This document shows positions 58,861 through 64,000 of a stretch of 64,000 nucleotides of DNA, in pieces. The notes beneath the pieces are model-generated. The model made no database searches and was not told the DNA's origin. It saw only the letters and a program-made list of their open reading frames with translations. Positions within the stretch are counted from its first letter, which is position 1. Every line of letters begins with the position of its first letter. Both the position numbers and the translations under genes were made by a program. Where the stretch lies: assembly GCA_964019335.1 (NCBI GenBank), contig OZ025665.1:1-64000 (forward strand), in the 5' to 3' direction. Source of the DNA: Diplonema japonicum. Lineage: Eukaryota > Protista > Euglenozoa: Diplonemea.

Positions 58861-61800
58861 TTACACGATAACTATGACCCCTTGGGTCCGGAATCCCATT
58901 TGTTTGGGTGATTCATTAAGGTCTAGCAGGTCGCCTGCGGTCATCTCTGGTAGCTTGGTGCTGTTGTAGTAAAGACTGTGGGTGGTGACATCAGTCTTAA
59001 GCTTCTGGCTGATAATACTGAGGGACCTTACAAGGGGCACATCGCGGGGGACGCTCTGTGTGTGTATGTGTAAAATGGTCCATTGTGCACAACTTTGTGT
59101 CAAGCAAAAAGTCTTAAAAATTTCATTGTGTCAAAGAAAACAATATCATGAATGTCTCCAGAAACAAAATCCTGCCATAGGGAACAGTGTACCACACTAT
59201 GCTGCTATTTCTTTTCGCTTTTTTGACGCAAAGGCAAAAAAGTACCCCCCCCCCCCAGGAACTAAACACAAAACTTGATAAAATGCCAGGGAACTGCCCC
59301 CCATGTGTTCACACAACACGAACAGCAGCAGTGTCGTGAATCACAGATTTTCGTCCAGCTTGCGGACAAACGAAACTCTCACTTTCTTTTCGTATTCACG
59401 CACAAGCTCTGTCGTGCCATGCACAAATGATTTGGTAGCTCTCACCCTTTAGTGATACTATCTGGTTGCTTTCTTAGCTATTCTTTGAAGTCGGTTTTTT
59501 TTTAATTTCAGGAATTTCCATGACAAATAGCATACCACGATGAAAGAAGGTGTAGCGCGCCCCTCCTTCAGAGGCCACCTCGCCCCAACAAAGCCAAGCT
59601 TCACCTTCGGCGTTGTATCCGATGCGCTGCTCCACCCTTGGCTCTCGTGCGACACTAACCGGTCGCTCCCTTCCTCTGACTTCGGTTGCATGACTGGCGT
59701 CGGGTGGGCCACCGACCCCGGCGGCGTGGGCGTAACGTTCGCAGAGCTCGCTGGTTGTACTGACGGCATCGACTGCAAAGAGTGCACTGACGTGTCCTGC
59801 TTGGGTCCGAAGGAAGGCGTGGCCTGCGGCACGTATTGAGCAGATGCAGGCTTTAAACCTGAAGGATGCCCGGCCGGTTGTGAAGATGGGTGCTGGGATG
59901 GAAGTTGAGACGGCGTGCCAGCTGGACCTGCCTGAGTCTGGCTACCAAATGGCGCACCCGATGGTTGCACAGAAGGTGTGTGATGCCGCGAAGGCGCATG
60001 TTGAGCGGAAGGGTGTTCAGAAGCCGATTGCCCGAACTGCACACCGGATGGGTGAACAGAAGGTTGGGTGGGGGGTGTCGGGAGTGCTGGCTCGGAAGTA
60101 ACCTGTTTGCTGAGCTGCGCACCTTGAAGAGTAGTACGTTGGGAGGGCATCAATTGTGCAGTAGCTGAAAGATTCGCGGAGGGGGGCTGATTGGTCTGCA
60201 CACTGGGGTGAACAGAAGGCACAGAGGGCACCGGATGCTGAGAAGGTACTGGCTGCGCTGTTTGGGCAGACGGTTGTACCGAGAACTGCGCACTTGACTG
60301 CACCGAGGATGTATGCTGAGTGGCCACTGGCTGAGCAGATTGTGCCAAGTACACGGAGTGCACAGGTGCAGGTGCGCTACTTAGCTGTGCGCTCGAAGGG
60401 TGCCCGGAAGGCTGGACAACCGGTGTTGCACGCTCAGATGTCCGGTCTGCAGGTTGGTGCTGTGAGGCAGGGGGTTGCACGGGCTCTTGTGTAGAGGACG
60501 GCGCACCAAAGGAGACAGGCTCCTGCGCAGAAACTGCTGAGGGCCGTCCTGAAGGTGTGCTTTGTGCTAGCGGCGGCTGCGCGACAGATAAGAACGAAGA
60601 AGCTTGATGCATGGAAGCCATCGACTGGTTGGGCTGCTGGACGGCTGATGCATGGCTGGAGGGGGGCGCTATCTGCATCGAGGGTACAGGGTGCATGGAA
60701 GGTGTAGGGTGCTGTGAAGGCGGTACAGAGCCCGGGGCTGGTTGGGAAGGGTCAGGTGCAGGGACGGCAGAAGGCTCGAGGTGCATTGAAGGCATAGATT
60801 GCGTGCTGCGCGGATGGCTTGCCGAAGGCTGTGCAGGTAGCATAGAGCTCTGGGGAGCAACAGGCCGGGATAACTGCGCAGACGGGTGCCCAGCAAGTGC
60901 CTGGCCACTCAATTGTGCGCTTTGTTGCTGAGCTAACTGTGCAGAAGGATTACTAGAAGTCGCGGATACCTGGTGGTGCGCAGAAGGCATGGACTGCGCA
61001 TGGCTGACAGGGCTCGCAGGCTCAACTGAAGGTATGGGTTGCGAAGCCACAAGCTGAGGCGACTGCGTAGACGGGAATCCAAAAGGTGCTTGGCTAAACT
61101 GAGCACCTGCTGAAGGATGCACAGAGGATGCCTGGATACTCTGCTGTGTGTTGGGTGGGTCAGCGGGCTGTTGCGAAGACACTTGATTGGCAGGAGGCGC
61201 CTGCTGCTGGCTAAACTGTGCACTTGTAGCCGAAGGGTGTACAGAGTGTGCTTGGCTAAATTGTGTGTGTGCAGACTGCTGAACAGCAGGAATCTGCTGA
61301 GCAGATGCTTGGTTACTAAACTGTGTGCCCACAGCAGAAGGATGTGTGGAGTGCCCTGACGGCTGCTGGGAATGCATTTGCTGAGCTGATTGCGCAACAG
61401 AAGGCTGTTGAGAAGGCACCGGCTCAGAAGGTGCCTGATTATTGAACTGCGCTAACTGGTGTGATTGGTTAAATTGCGAGGCCGACGGCTGAGCAGAAGG
61501 CTGCTGGGAAGGCACATGCTGAGCTGACTGCACGGCAGAGGAGTGCACAGAAGGAGCTTGATTGCTGAACTGTGCCGACGGCTGCTGTGCAGGCTGGGTG
61601 TTGAACTGAGAGGTCGACGGCTGCGCGGAAGACTGCGCACCAGAAGCCTGGTGCATCGGAAGCGTGGCGAAATGCTCGGAAGCTGCGGATGCGTAGCTCG
61701 ACGCGGGTTGCACGGAGGGAGCGTCGGTGCCCTCGGTCGTGCGCTCAGAAGACGTGTGGGACGCGAGGTTCACGGACTGTGCGAAATTGACAGAGGGGTG

Positions 61801-62433
61801 GATTGAGGGCCCTTGAGACAGCGCAGATTGCCGAGGGCCAAATTGTGAAGGAACGTGCATGAGGCTGGCGGATGCCGAGGGCTGGTACTGGGATGCAACC
61901 ATGTCACCGGACACGTGGTGAGAATAGGGTGTTGGATGTGATGAAGCAGGCTCTGAGGGCACCTCTGGACCTGGTGACATGTGCCCCTTGAGCAGTGCGA
62001 GTTCACACGTCAATTGTGTGCATTTCAGGGTCATCTCAGCAAGCTGATTCTGCAAGCGCATAACGTGTGTCGGTGTCATGTCAACGCAGATATCAGGTCC
62101 TGTGGGACCGTAGTCCGTGAGGTGGATGGGATGTTGTTCGCTGGGGGGGTAGTATGTGTACAGAGAAGCCAACGTGACAGGCACCTTTCCAAACACCACA
62201 GGGACGTCGATGTCTGTCTGAGTCTCCGCAGTGACCACCTCGCGATGTTTGTAGTGCTCGATCATCCCCTGTTCTCCTTGCAGGTGTCGGTCCAACCTCC
62301 TCATGAACTCTCCTCCATTAGACCGCCTCACGGGGGACAGCGTTCTCGAGGCAGGGATGTTGTACCCTCCGCTGTGACAATTGTGTCCCTTCGGAGGCGA
62401 CATCGCCTGTGAAACCATAAACGGCCATGTCAT
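58861..62433 (-). CDS. Large Q/P/S/A-rich disordered protein with a short coiled coil and a C-terminal ubiquitin/SUMO-like domain
   Basis: 991-aa ORF; a 480-nt GTATG..ACAG intron (59056-59535) joins PSFIV|SVPRDVPL..LDLNESPKQMGF..GVIVIV stop in frame. Confidence 0.7.
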
Positions 62434-62707
62434 AGATGGGTGGGAGGAACACCACCTGTGTGTGATGACTTGGTGTTATGTGACAGCATATAAAAAGATA
62501 TGATGAAAGGAGGGATCCTCCCGTCTTTTTTAGGATTTCAATTATTTTATTCTTTCACCTCCTCCTTTTAAAATGCAAGACAGAGCTGACCCGAAAGTCA
62601 ACTTTTAAAAAAATAAAATAAGAAAAGAAGGAAGAAACGAAACAAAGGTGTCGAGGCATCAGTACCCACGTTACGAAGGGGAGCACACTTTTCCTATTGT
62701 TTGCCTT

Positions 62708-64000
62708 TTATAAAAGCTTCTGCGTTCCTCCGAACTGTGAACTTCTGATTTCGAGGTTACGCGTCCTTCCATTGGAGGATACTAGGTTCTTGATATACTT
62801 CATGGGGTCTTCCTTGGGCTTCCTGAACGAAAAAGAAATGAAATCAAACATGAGCGGCATACTTGGCTTCATCAGTGACGGACCAGTCGTCGTTGCAAGA
62901 ATAGTCGGGAAGATCGAAGTGGGAGCACCCGGTGATTAAGCCGAAAGAACTGCCCCCATCATCCACAGCAGAGCTGTATAAACCGCCTGCCTCGATGTAA
63001 TCGTTGTAAGCTTGGCTTTCCTGTTGTGTGTTGCTACGGGTCTGCAAAGCATACCATTTCACCTGCCTTCTCAGCATCATCATCAAGGAGCAGACTCTCG
63101 TGTCTCATGACCCTGCGCAGCGGGGGCTGCTTGCTCTGCAAGAGTTTATTATTCACGTGATTCATCAGCGGGCTCACTGACAAGCAGTGCGACGTCTCCA
63201 TCTTCAGATGATCTGTAGCCCAAGCGGACTCCTCCTGGCCCAGCAGCAAGGTATCATCGTAAACACCTGAGAGGCCAGAGCCTCTGACGTTCTCCCTGGA
63301 AGGAATCGAAGAGTCAACCACTTTCTTCGCCATCCATTCCTTGCTGACGCACGATGAGAAAATATGTGCTTCAGGGGTATTGTCACTTACCAGCCTATAA
63401 ATTGTCACAGGATGCTTCAGCCCGTACCTGTAGCACCTAAAGATGGCTTGTTGGTCAAGCGCTGGGTTGAAGCTGACATCAAAAAGCACTGCCTTGTGCG
63501 CCGAGCACAAGTTAATCCCCACCCCACCTGCCCGTGTCGAGATTAAGAACACCCCCCACGATGTGTGCTCTTGGAAGTTCTTGATACTCTCCGCCCGTGA
63601 GCTACCCGAAGACGACCCGTCCAGTCTCCACATGTTGCGGCCCTTCGTTAGCTTGCTTATCTGCGTTTCCAAATACTCCAGCGTCTGCACGAATTGCGAA
63701 AACACAAGTAGCTTCTGCTTGTTCTTCACACAGTACTCCACAATGATGAGTAGGCATAGAAGCTTTGGGCTGTCCATTATCTTCCCAACAGAGCGACTCT
63801 GCCGCATCAGTGACGACCCCTCCCAAACCTGCCCATACGTGACCTCAACACCCAAGTCCTGGTCCTTGTTCTTCTCCTTAATAAAATTTCTGAGAAGATC
63901 AGGGTGGCCACCAAGCTTATTCACGATCGAGATGAAATACAGCATGTTCTTCTTCAATCCCGTGTGGAAGTCCCCAGGGCATTCCTGGTACGCCGTCCGG
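62708..64000 (-). CDS. ATRX/ARIP4-like SNF2 helicase, C-terminal part (5'-partial)
   Basis: KLLVFSQ, RLDGS, FLISTRAGGVGINL, FDVSFNP..DQQAIFRCYRYG; two short 3' introns extend the frame to TAA at 62708. Confidence 0.82.

Noticed and set aside
62708-64000. JBP2 assignment for the SNF2 gene
   Set aside because: The thymidine-hydroxylase N-terminus is not in the window; visible motifs support only an ATRX/ARIP4-like call

Overview
Eukaryotic nuclear DNA, very probably from a diplonemid (Euglenozoa): it contains a diplonemid-type spliced-leader exon, a euglenozoan-like LSU rRNA fragment, one long minus-strand gene cluster and many short GT-AG introns. Bases 1 to ~16.5 kb hold two related CRE-clade (YLDD RT + restriction-like endonuclease) non-LTR retrotransposons, both on the minus strand. 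Element 1 has one uninterrupted ORF of >1871 aa (5613 to <1), missing from the ORF track because its stop lies outside the window. Its order is AlkB dioxygenase - basic region - hydrophobic helix - LRGG - Zn fingers - OTU protease - Zn fingers - RT - CCHC - RLE - further extension. Element 2 has the same layout without AlkB and carries 3 frameshifts and 1 nonsense codon. The two share an LxGG motif upstream of the OTU and a near-identical ~330-bp structured 5' module. An SL-capped, polyadenylated retrocopy is joined to the 5' end of element 1. The rest of the window is a compact host cluster: RAD54B-like, C2/coiled-coil, PDK/BCKDK, a PARG-like/TFIIS fusion, a Tse6-like ART-fold candidate, CFIm25, a CNBD channel, IFT81, a 2559-aa adhesin, ABCB, a Cdc34-like E2, Pumilio, a 66-aa small gene, an NTF2/Zn-finger protein, a Ubl-tailed low-complexity protein and an ATRX-like SNF2. 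It also holds Crypton-like and other mobile relics. All domain calls come from motif recognition by eye; no searches were run.
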